Source: Camelus ferus
Lineage: Eukaryota
Assembly: GCF_009834535.1 (NCBI RefSeq)
Contig: NC_045697.1
Coordinates: 116,004,001 to 116,068,000 of the forward strand
DNA: 64,000 nucleotides
Reading direction: 5' to 3'
Shown here piece by piece: positions 11,992 to 23,299 of the stretch. Position numbers and translations under genes: made by a program. Below the pieces are notes generated by a model that ran no database searches, was not told the DNA's origin, and saw nothing but the letters and a program-made list of their open reading frames with translations. How positions within the stretch are numbered: the first letter of the stretch is position 1; the number at the start of each line of letters is the position of its first letter.

Positions 11992-14099
11992 GACAGAGGT
12001 CATGGCGATATTTTGGGGTCTGTCTCCTCAGGAAAGCCTCTCACTGTGCTAAGTGGAGGAACTGGGATGTGATGTCTGCCCAGTTACTGGCTAGTAAGTA
12101 GTTCTTTCTTTCTTCCCTGCGATGCAGTTCTTAGTAAATGACAAAGTCTTATTTTAAATTCTGAACCCATTTTCTTAATTTCTGCCAAACTAGTGATTAC
12201 TAATTACATCCCTTTGAAAATTTTCCCGGCCCGTGAAGGCATCAAACACCCAAAACCGCCTTAGCATCGAATTCTATGAGCCACCTGAGCTGCTTGTTCC
12301 AGACCGTCTGCACAAATGCAGTTCTGGAAACTGAGTAAACCAAAGAAGACTCTCATAGCTCTGAAGATGGGATGCGAAGATGTCCTTGGCACAGCAATTC
12401 CAAAATTTTGTGGTGAGGAATGAATGAAGCAGAAATCACCTTAGACATCCAGAGAATCTGCAGACTAGAAAGTAGGAGAAATGGAACAGAAGGGCAGATG
12501 TATTCATGTCATTCTTGTCTACTGATTTTTCCCCTGTTCATTTTTTTTTAAAGATTTTAAAGCAGAAGTGAATTCTCTGCAAAGAAATTAAACATTATAA
12601 GCGTCAGTTTAACTGAGGATAATTAATAACTTATATTAACAGCTATACACCCCATAGCAGTGATTCACTAAACTCATACTTTATTTTAAATCATCACCAG
12701 CCATAGACTTCTGCCCCATTAGAAAACCCAGAAAATGAGTGAGTTGCTTTCAAATGAACATTTTATAGTCAGGTTCCAATAGCCAACTGGATGCGAAGAT
12801 CTAAAAACATAACTAAGAAGCAGCCCATTGTTACGGTTTCTAAATTTGGATTCCATTTGGAAGGCTGTAATAGTAAGAGCAACTGTCACCTGACACCTCT
12901 GGTGTGAAGTAATGTTCTGTACGCTTTACAAGAGCAGGAAACCAGCCTGCCTCTCCCCGGAGTCTAACGCCCCAGCACAAGGCAGATGCTCACGGAGCAT
13001 TTGTGGATTTGATGAATAAATAACGTCTTAAAAGATTAGCCCTGGGATACTCAGAGTTTTTGCCATCATTTCAAAGTAAGCCCAGGTCTTTTGAATCAAG
13101 CAGCCGCCAGACCAAGCTCTTCCCTTTGTGGTTTAGAAATGGAGCGTCTCTGCACAGTACTTAGGTCTGTCACGACCCCGGGGACCAGATGGCTCCCTCC
13201 TCTGTAACACTTGCCTCCCAGGGCGGACAGCCTGACAACATGGGACTGGCACTGTTTCCTCTCAGTTCTTCATAACTACAGTCAAGGCCTCCCGCAGGTG
13301 ATATTTTTTGGAGCACGCACGCTCTAAATAGCGCCCACGAGATGAACATTTGAGCAGCTGGGAGATTTTTGAAGCAGAGAAAAATCCCCCAAGCTTCCCA
13401 GTGATGTGGTTTAAAATATTCCCAGAAAGCCGTCAGTGCTGACACACAGGTAAATACCCAATTCTGTACCCTGGGTTCCCCACGCCACCGAGAATGGCAG
13501 CTGCCAAGCCTGCCTGAGTGCCAGACTCGAGTCGCAGGGTGGGGCTGGGCTGTTCCCACTGGACGCGCTACGCGCAGCTGCCCAGGCGAGCGGGCAGATG
13601 CGGCCGCGGGCTGGCTTCCCGGGCACGCCGGCCGCCCGCCTCTGCTCACCCGGCAGCCTACCTCACCCATGAGCGTGGTCAAGCTTGCTTGGGAAGAAGT
13701 AGTTCAAACCCTAATTACTGGTCAGTTCAAAATGTCCATCTTTTTATAAAGGAGTCCATCATTTTTCAGGTCAACTTGAAGACCGGGGACAGAACCGATG
13801 TCACTATTTCACCGTGTCTGTGTCCAAAGGTGGTGCACTGACCATTGCTCCCGGGACAGTCCTGTTTGGCCTCCCGAAGCCGTCTAGGCCAAGGCTGTGT
13901 AGATCCCGTAGGTCTTCGCATGGTCTGTGTCTCTTTGTCCCGTGCTCGCCCACCTGAGCCCTTGTCTTCGTTTCAGTGATGCTGGAAACTGCTGTGACTT
14001 TCAGGCAAAATTTAGAGCAGATCACAGGGTCTATGACTTAGTGATGGGGGGGGGGTCCCAGCTGCTTTCAAACAAATTTGGGGGAGTTTTGGAAAGTAA

Positions 14100-14127
14100 G
14101 TGTGTGTGTGTGTGTGTGTGTGTGTGT
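14100..14127. repeat. (TG)n microsatellite
   Basis: Read directly from the sequence. Confidence 0.9.
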
Positions 14128-14929
14128 TTAAGGAAGTTCAGGGGGAAGGGATGGACAACTGTCAAAAAAACTTAAACAGATTTTTAACAAATACTGGCTT
14201 ACGCTCTCTGTCTGAGTGACAGACAACAGCAAGCTTACAAAACCACAGCGAGTCAATGGAAGGAGCCATAAAACCAACTGTGAGGGTGGAGGAAAAGCAG
14301 AGGGGAGTCTGGGACCTCTGCCGTCAGTGAAAACAAGCTGCAGACAAGGACAAAGTCCACTTCCTTCGCCCCTGAAGGGAAACTGAAATTCCAGCACCAA
14401 AGGAGCAGGAACTGCCCATTTTGGTCAGCTTAACTTCCTGTTCTTTTTTTCTATTTTGTTTTTTCAGTGACTGTCTTTGTTAAATTACCCATGATTTAAG
14501 ATGATAGATAGGTAGACAGATAGATAGAGTTAATGTATATGTATTTTAAATCTATGAAAGTTGAGATAAAAATTGAGTAATATGCAAACAGGTATGAGTG
14601 TGTATACATGCACATCTATCTGAATATATGTTATGTACATAATACATACAAAAATCTCATTTTGCCCTTTCTTTGTTACCTAGATCATTTCCAAGTCTTC
14701 TGCAAAATAAGTATTTGCCCTCACTTCAGGTTTTGCTCTGGGTAATTTAAAATAGCACTGTGGGATTGACCAGCAGTGGAAACAGACAGAGGATAAAAGG
14801 CCTTTAGTAAAAACCCAGGGTCTCTCTCTGGTTAATCTCGCCTTAAATCAGCACAGCCATCACCTTTGTGTCCCCAAGGGGAACAAAACCGATATGACTG
14901 CATTCATACATCATTAAGAAAATACAGTG

Positions 14930-15054
14930 GGGTTGAGGGTAGAGCTCAGTGGTAGAGTGTGTGCTTAGCATGCACAAGGTCCTGGGTTCAATCTGCAGTC
15001 CCTCCATTAAATAAATAAATCAATAAATAAATGAAGTTAGCTTTATCTTAAAAA
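14930..15054 (+). mobile_element. Vic-1-like SINE
   Basis: A/B boxes; TSD aaaatacagtg at 14919-14929 and 15055-15065. Confidence 0.9.
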
Positions 15055-15165
15055 AAAATACAGTGTGTCCCAGACACACGCTAGTAATAATGAATGTTTC
15101 CGCACTGCTCTAAAGTTCCTCAATTTTCCCTGCACGTGATGGCCAGCAGTCATCCTTACATCCTT

Positions 15166-15460
15166 TCTTTTTTTTTTTTTTTTTTTTTTTTTTTTGCAGT
15201 GGAGAGGTAATTAGGTTTATTTATTTATTTGTTTGTTTTTTCTTTTTTGTTGCTGCTATGAAAATAGAGTTTATTAAAAACATCCCTATTCTTTTTTGAG
15301 GAGCTTTCACCATTACCTTGTCTTAAACCAAAAAATAAAGAAAAAAATAGCACTTGTAAGTATGATTTATTTGGTTTTTCAATGGAGGTACGGGGGATCG
15401 AACCCAGGACCTTGCGCATGCTAAGCACGTGCTCTGCCACTGGAGCTGTACCCTCCTCCT
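15166..15460 (-). mobile_element. Vic-1-like SINE carrying a nested insertion in its tail
   Basis: 15-bp TSD catcct(t/c)acatcctt at 15151-15165 and 15461-15475; head at 15381-15460; poly-T at 15166-15195. Confidence 0.9.
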
Positions 15461-16049
15461 CATCCTCACATCCTTGTGAGAGAGATATTCTCAATATTGC
15501 ACTCAAAATATTGCATTTTTAGAGATGAGGATATTGAATCACAGAGATGTTTAGTACCTGCCAAGGTCACGTGGCATTTGAGTAGCAGACAGATCTGAGG
15601 ACACAGACGGCGAGCCTGTGGTTTATATGAAGTGGATCATCCAAGGTTGAAAGTAAACATACATGCATACATCGTCACGAGGAGAACACTAGGAAGTCTC
15701 CCCTGAGCACAGGTGTGTTCTAGGGGTGGTAAACTGTTTTACAGGTTTCTTTGGCAGTTGGCCTGGTAATTATAAGGCATTTGCTTTCAGGTAATCAATT
15801 AAATGGCATATTAGGGAAGTTTTTCAAAACATGAATATAGTAAATGAAAAAAAGGGAGGTGGGGTGGGGGTGGTAAGCACTAGGAAATTATACAGCTTCT
15901 ACCAGGGTTTAATCTGCTTTTTAAAAATGAGTTGCTAGGGGGCCATGATTGTCTCTAATATGCTTGAATGAGATTTACTGTAAAAGTGATGGGCAATAAG
16001 TAAAAGTGATTTACTCCTTCTGGAACTTTCACAGCCACATCTGTTGCTA

Positions 16050-18010
16050 AGAAAGCAGGAGTCAGGAAATAGCTCAGAGCTGCCCTGAAAGGGGTCACTC
16101 TGATCACAGAAAACAAGGAGACGAAGTTTGTCCTCACTGGGAATTACAGACTAGCATGAAATCAACAAATATTGTTTTAAAATATCATGGAAGGGAGGGG
16201 TAAGTGCTGAGAAAAAGGAAAGGAAGGGAGGAGACAGGATGCCACAGGGTGCTGTTGTGGGTAGGGTGGGAAAGAGATGTCTCTGCAGAGGGGACGGTTC
16301 CATCAAGACAATAGGAAAATAAAAAACAGAGCACTTCAGAGACGTGAGGGAAAAGCAGGTCCAGAGGCCCCGAAATGGGAAGAAATAAGAGGGCTGATGT
16401 GGTGGGAGCAGAGTAAGGAGGTATGCAGAAGCCCAGTCCTGGGAGCCTCTCAGCCCACAGGATGGAATTTCATTTCATGATAAGTGTACTCGGTGTGGTT
16501 CTCCAGAGAAACAGAACCAGGAGGAGATTATATACAGACGTCTGTACATTCACACACACACACAGAGAAAGATTTTAAGGAAGAGGCTCATGTGATTTTG
16601 GGACTGACAAAATGGACACCCAGGAGAGGCAGTGGTGTGGTCTCCATCCAAATCTGAAGGCCTGATATTCCAGTCCAAAGGCCAAAGTCTTGAGATCCAG
16701 GAAGAGCTGATGGTTCAGATCGAGTCTGAAGGCAGGAAAAAGAAAAATCAATGTCCCAGCTTGGAATCAGTCAGGCAGGAGGAATTTCCCCTCCTTATGA
16801 AAGGGCCAGCCTTTGTGTGCTAGTCAGACCTTCATCTGATTAGATGCGGCCCACCCATATTAGGGAGGGCAGCCTGCTTTCATCCATCTACTGATTCAAA
16901 TGTTAACCTCATCCAGAAACACCTGCACAGACACACCCAGAGTGTTTGACTAAACGTTTGGGTACCCTATGGCAATTTTAAATTGACACAGAAAATGAAA
17001 TTTCCACTGACCAGAGTCACAGAGCATGGTAATTAACACTAAAAGACACCCTGCAGGCTGTGGGAGAGACACCACTGTAGAGTGGGTGCTGATTCAGAAT
17101 CTCGCCCCAGCCACGCAGGTCCTGCCACCCAGCTGGCACTGTACCTGAGTCTTCAAAAGGCCACTCCAGCATTCTACTGAGCCGGCTGCTTTGGGGTGGT
17201 AGGAGAGTTGCAAGAGCAGTGGCGTCCACAAGCACAGACCCACTGCCGCTCTTCATCTGCTGGGAAGTGAGTTCCTGGTTCAGAAGCAATGCTGTGTGGG
17301 ATGCTCTTTGACCGAATGTCTGGGCATCCCGTGACCCAGTCAAACAGATGGGTGGATCAAATTAACCATCACAATAAGCTACGGGGTAAGACATCACAGG
17401 GTTCTGAGCAGATCATTACATGATCGGGTTACATCTCAGGAAGCTCAGCCTGGCATTTGTGTAGATAACAGAGTAGGGGACGTAAGAATAAAACCAAGAG
17501 GGTTCTGGCAGGAAAGAGCTGATGGCTTGGACCAGAAGGTGGCGGGGGGACAGAGAGGATAGAGTGTACCAGATGTGGTGATGGCTTGTACGTGAGTTGT
17601 GAGAGAAGGAAGAGAGTCTATTCCAAGCGTGGGGAGCTGTGGGATTCACTGGTGACCCATGATGCATGACTAATGTAAGGACCACTGTGGCAGGGGGAGA
17701 GATTTGGGGAGGAAACTGAGGAGTTTGGTGTTGCATATGTAATAATAAAGATTCCCACTAGAAATCAAGTGGAGATCTAGAACAGACAGCTGGATCTGTG
17801 AGTTTAGAGATCCAGAAAGACTCCCGGGCTGGGAAGGTAACCTTGGGAGTTCTCAGCCAGCGTACAGGTCTTTTAAACCCCAGACGTGTACGCAGTAGGA
17901 GAAGATGTGTGGAAAACAAAGGAGAGTCCAAAGACTGAGCCTGTGGGTGCTCCAATGTTCAAAGGTGAGGAAGAAGCGGGAGTCAGCAAAGGAGGCTGAG
18001 GAGGGGCCCA
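16050..18010 (-). mobile_element. L2 fragment interrupted by the ERV-L element
   Basis: Purine-rich L2 motifs (aaagactgagcctgtgggtgctccaatgttcaaaggt, gagtttggtgttgcatatgt); boundaries approximate. Confidence 0.6.
16485..17373 (-). mobile_element. Internally deleted ERV-L/MLT2 provirus: LTR stub + integrase fragment + full MLT2 LTR
   Basis: Perfect TSD ATAAG (16480-16484 / 17374-17378); MLT2 terminal sequence present twice; minus strand translates IPHSIASEPGTHF...HPKAAGSVECWSGLLKTQ. Confidence 0.85.
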
Positions 18011-18832
18011 CGGTGGGCCTCTCTGTGTCCCCAGCTGTCTCTGCTTAGCATGTGTTCTTTTAAACAAGAAGGCCCTGAACCAAAAGAGGACAGGGCATCT
18101 GAGTGAAAGCTGGGGAGGGGAGCACACTCTGCCCTCTTTGGAGGAAGGCTTTGGGTGGGATCTGCCTGCCACGGCACAAGGGGACCCCAGAAGTACGGCC
18201 GCCCTTGTGGGGACAGGCCTGCGGCGTCTGTCACTCTGCTGCAGTCCGGGAGCCTCCCTCGAGGCCGGGGACAGGCCACACGCCTCCGGGCAGAACTCTG
18301 ACCGTCCTTAGGTCCACTTTCCCCAGAGTCCAACAGCCACTCACATCCAAGAGCAGCTCAAAACACCAGAGTAAGTCAGCAAGATAAACCTTTCTCCGTG
18401 GCGCACGAGTGGATTTTCCTGAGTCTTTCCCAAGCTATAAAAAGATATTTCAACGGACAGGAAATAGTTTCCTGATGGACACACTGTCTCCTGAGGGAAA
18501 GCTTAACTTCTCCGGAGTCTTTCCAAGTTTCAAGTTGGCTAGAGAATCATCCCACCGTCCTTGAAAGGCTTCCTGAGACACCTTCTCTTGCGTAACTAGC
18601 CGTTCAAGTCACAAGCAGCGTGATACGATCCGAACCTGATCTTCTAATGTCATCCAGCCAGTGGGATGTCGCCATCTTTACCCCTAACTAGAAGCATTGT
18701 TTTAATTAGCTCAGAGAATCAGGCCCAGGTATATTTGGAGATTGTTTTCCCCTAGTAGCTGCTAGTAATTCAAGTGGCAAAATCTTTTCCAATACGTGGT
18801 CTGTTTCAAAAAGATCCGTTTGACATAACACA

Positions 18833-19272
18833 TGTATCAGTTCTCTCGCGCTGCGGTAACAAATTACCGCAAATGTAGCCGCTTCAACAACGCAGGTTTA
18901 TTCTCTGAGGGTTCTGAGATCGGAAGTCTGAACTGACGGGACTAGTTCCTTCTGAAGAGTCCTGGGGAGAATTTTTCCTTGTCTTTTCCAGCTTCTTAGA
19001 AATCACTAGCTCAGAGCCACATCACTCCAAATCCTGCTTCTGTCTTCACATCATCTTTTCCCTCCTTGGACTCCTTGTGCCCCTCTGTGTCCCCTTGAGA
19101 TTACATTTAGAGCTCACCCACATGATCAGTATAATTTCCTCATTTCAAGATCCTTAACTGCATCACCTCTGTAAAGTCCCTTTGGCCATATAAAGTAACG
19201 GTCGCAGGTCCTAAGAATTTGGAAGCAGATATATCACCGGGGGGGTGGGGAGGGTTGTTACAGCCTAACACA
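18833..19272 (-). mobile_element. MaLR LTR (MLT1B/C-like)
   Basis: tgtatcagtt...gctgcggtaacaaattaccgcaaa...tttcaagatccttaact...cagcctaacaca. Confidence 0.75.
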
Positions 19273-19611
19273 CATGGCTTTCATTCATTTTGAACACGTG
19301 GACCAGCCCACACTATTTCTTAAAACAATGTCTTGTTTCACACATTACAATACAGGCCCATTGATAAAAAACCAAGTTTCTCTGTCTGCCAGGCAACCTG
19401 CACAATCTTAATCTCTCATTTGAAATTCTGTCCTTTACTCTGATTTCCCTCAGTCACTCTCCTCTAGGACCACAAGATCTCATGACAATAATTCCTTCCT
19501 TGTCATGGCCCATTGTTCCAGTCCACATGAAAACTAGCAGTGTTCGTAGGAACTCTTTCGGTCACCAGAGTTGTAACTCAGTTTAAACTGGCTTAAATTA
19601 AAGTAGTAACA

Positions 19612-19695
19612 GGGGGAGTGCATCCTTAGCATGCACGAGGTACTGGGTTCAATCCCCAGTACCTCCATTAAAAACTAAAAATAAATTAATTAAAA
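19612..19695 (+). mobile_element. Vic-1-like SINE lacking the A-box region
   Basis: ttagcatgcacgaggtactgggttcaatccccagtacctcc + A-rich tail. Confidence 0.8.
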
Positions 19696-21466
19696 ATAAT
19701 AATAACTCCCTATTGACTCACAAAACTGACAGTGCAGGTGTGTGGACAGGCTGAGGCACGGAGGGAAGCTAGCACACTGTCTCATCTGCAGGAATTTCCC
19801 GCTTGTTCCATCTCTTTGATTTGCGGTCTTCTGTTTTATCTCAGGCAAAGGCTGATGCTTCTAAGCATTTGCCCACAAATGGCTACCAGAAGGGCCAGGG
19901 TGCCAATCGAGCAGCTTGGCAACCCTGGCAGAAGACACTGCCTCATTCCTGAAAGTTCGAGCAAAATTTCCAGAGAGAACTCTCCTGGGCTCAACTGAGG
20001 CCATGAGCACATCCATGACCCAGTTCCCGTCCCTCATGGGACCTGTGCTCTGACTGGCCAGGCTGAGTCATGTGCTCTCCTTGAAACCCAGGGTGAGAAT
20101 ACGGTCCAGGTCACATAATGGAGAAAGCTAGTCTCCCTAACCCAAAGAAAGCTGCAATTAATAGAAGAAGGAGATGTGGATATGGCCAAACAAAATGATC
20201 AAGTCCACTCTATCCAGGCTGGACCCGAGTGGCGCCTTCTACATGGAGCATGTAATGGTCTCTGAAGGCAAAGTTACCATTGCCTCTTTTTTTTTTTTTT
20301 TTTTTTTTTTGCATTTTTTAAATTGAAGTACAGTCAGCTTACAGTGTTGTGTCGCCATGGCCTCTTAAAGCCAGACCCTTCCCCTTGTCCTCAGGCTACA
20401 ATGTGAATCGGTTGTCTGTGGAGTTGCAGGTAATACTAGAGTCAGAGGAGAAGGATCTTTTCCCATGCCGAGGGCTAACTCATGAAAGGACGATTTTCTT
20501 ACTAAAATGACCAAATACTCGAGGATTGTAAAACCACATCACAGAAATCTGAGTCCATAGTCAGATCTGTAAATCCTGGGGAAATTTAAAAGAAAAGGAG
20601 TAATTCAGTTGTCCAAAGGATTAAATAACAACAGTGCTAACATGAGGTTTAGGCACAGCGCTCTCATTTGCAGTGAGTCACAGGATGGTAACAGCTACTG
20701 AACCGAACTTCTGATTTTTCAAAGCTCTCTTGACTGAATGAACTAAAAAGGGACTAATAAGACTTTCCATTTCATGGTCTTTAAAGGCTTTTAAAGTTGA
20801 TTTTCACAAACTAGTCCTTGAAGTTAAAAATTTTATTCTTGAAGTCAAAAATCTAGATAGGGTTTTTACTCTTCATCCAAGAGTAGATATGCATTCTTAG
20901 TTTGATTTAAATTTTTCTCTTATTTGGAAAAGATGACCCAGAGACATAGGAAAAAAATTTATTACATGAATAAAGGGATCTGCAAAATCACAGCGAACAC
21001 ATTTTTTATACTGATAATATATGTTATTTCTATTATAATGATAGTCTTGGTTTCTCACCTTTCCTTTGTTACATGATCGTACCAGGCAGTATACTCGGAC
21101 AAATGTATGCTGAATTAAGGAGCAGGCATGAAGCGGGAGCTACCCCCCTGATTCTCCTGTTTTGAGTGAGAATTTTATTGCGGCTTGCCCACTGGAAACA
21201 ACAAAAAGGGTTTTTTAAATGAGATCATATAAATCACTGAAAAGATAACAAAAATATCTAAACTTGTATTACAAAATGAGAATTATGTGCTGTTGTAATT
21301 AACTCGACCACATAGGATGAACAATAAAAAATAAACCCTGAGATTCTGACATTCCAGCTCTTCCTGGGAACTGGTCAGACTGTGACACAGTTAAATGTGT
21401 TTTATTCTTTTTTGATTGAATATCTTCTTTTTCTTGTTTTTGATTTCTTCTCTTTCTTTTTAATTT

Positions 21467-22052
21467 AAGCAACCTAAATGTCCATAGACAGGTGATTGGA
21501 TGAAGAAAATATAGTATGTATACACACACACACACACACACATATTATATATATGTGTGTGTATATATATGTATATATACATACAGTGGAACACTACTCA
21601 GCCATAAAAAGAATGAAATCATGCCATTTGCAGCAACATGGATGGACCTAGAGATTGTCATACTAAGTGAAGTAAGTCAGACAGAGAAAGACAAATACCA
21701 TATGATATCACTTACATATGGAATCTAAAACAATAGCACAAATGAACTTATTTACAAAACAGAAAGAGACTCACAGACATAGAAAACAAACCTATGGTTA
21801 CCAAAGGGGGAAAGGGAGTGGAGGGATAAATTGAGAGTTTGGGATTAACAGATACACACTATTATATATAAAATATACAAACAACAAGGTCCTACTGTAT
21901 AGCACAGGGAACTATATTCAATAACTTGTAATAACCTACAGTGAAAAAGACTATACATGTATATGTCTAACTGAATCACTTTGCTGTACACCAGAAATGA
22001 ACACAACATTGTAAATCAACTATATTTCAATAAAAAATAAAATAAAATAAAA
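21467..22052 (+). mobile_element. L1 3' end
   Basis: EIMPFAATWMDLEIVILSEVSQTEKDKYHMISL peptide, L1 3'UTR and A tail; contains a (CA)/(TA) microsatellite. Confidence 0.92.
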
Positions 22053-22397
22053 CGTTTCTATACTTTAGCTTACAGTTGCATCAGGTTGGGACTTCAAATA
22101 CAAAGTATTTATTCTGTATCTAAATTATTTTTTAAAGTGTTTTTTCCCTTCAAAGCATTCTGTAAAATTCCTGCAACACCTGTCTGCCGCTGGGAGTGAT
22201 ATATCTCTAGGTAATCACGTGAAACCCTAATAAAACACGGGGATCCTTGTTGCAGCAGGTTTCTGCTCAGAGTTGAATTCATAGACATTCCAATCAGGAA
22301 GTGAAATGATTTTTAAAGGAATTCCAATATTGTTTGCATACAGCAAGTAATAGTGAAAGAGACTCTACTTTAAATCAAATCGAGAGACTTCTGAAAT

Positions 22398-22586
22398 GTG
22401 TCTCTCCCTCAGTGTGCCTCAAGTCTCTCCCTCCTTGTGACTCCTTAGGGTCCCCTCAGATGCTAAATGCACAGTCCTTGGTGGGGTCCTGCCCACGCAC
22501 CCTCTGGTCCTCTGCGGCTCAGCCCCTCTCCCAGCCAGTGTGTTATATGGTGAGATTTAGCCTCTCGGAATAAACTGCTCAAAATC
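22398..22586. repeat. 189-bp direct repeat, copy 1 (identical to 23504-23692)
   Basis: Base-by-base comparison shows no mismatch; offset 1106 bp. Confidence 0.97.
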
Positions 22587-22609
22587 TACTTCCACTGACT
22601 GCGAGACTA

Positions 22610-22742
22610 GGGGGAGGGTAGAGCTCAGTGGTAGAGTGCCTGCCTAGCATGCATGAGGTCCTGGGCCCAATCCCCAGGACCTACATTTAAGAAAAGTAAA
22701 TAAATAAAGCTAATTACCACCCCCCCCAAAAAAGAAAAACAA
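22610..22742 (+). mobile_element. Vic-1-like SINE
   Basis: ggggagggtagagctcagtggtagag...; degenerate TSD actgactgcga/actgaccgcaa. Confidence 0.88.
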
Positions 22743-22945
22743 ACTGACCGCAACAGGAAAGACTGGGAAACTCAGCAGTTAAGTGAAAACAATCCCCAAA
22801 GGGCAAGAGATAGGAGATTCTTTGCAGAGAAAAACAAACTTCTCTAAAGCCAGAGGGAGGTCAATGGGGGAGCGGACAAGGAATAATATGCAGCCCCAAA
22901 TCTTGGCCCTCGTGTTTCTATAACTTTCTGCGCTGGCATTGCTTC

Positions 22946-23064
22946 TTTCTTTTTTTTTTTTAATTTAATTTTGTTAAAAATATATTTTTAACGGAGGTAC
23001 TGGGGATTGAACCCAGGACCTCGTGCATGCTAAGCACGTGTTCTACTATGGAAATAGCCCCTCC
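22946..23064 (-). mobile_element. Vic-1-like SINE (inverted relative to 22610-22742)
   Basis: ggaggtactggggattgaacccaggacctcgtgcatgctaagc; TSD-like ttgcttctt on both sides. Confidence 0.88.
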
Positions 23065-23299
23065 TGCCGTTGCTTCTTGCTTCAGCCTGCGTGACTCACA
23101 TCAGGTAAGACAGGGTTAGAAGGGGTTTTACAGCCATCTGCTTTTCACGAGGAAAAAATAACTTCCAAACTGCGTCTGAACTAAAAAGCCTTCCCCAGTG
23201 CCCAGAAATCGTGGGTGCCAAGGCAGTTTCAAGGAAAACCATTTGCATAACCTTCTTGGACATAGCAACTCAATCGCTGACTATTTGATCATTCACAGA

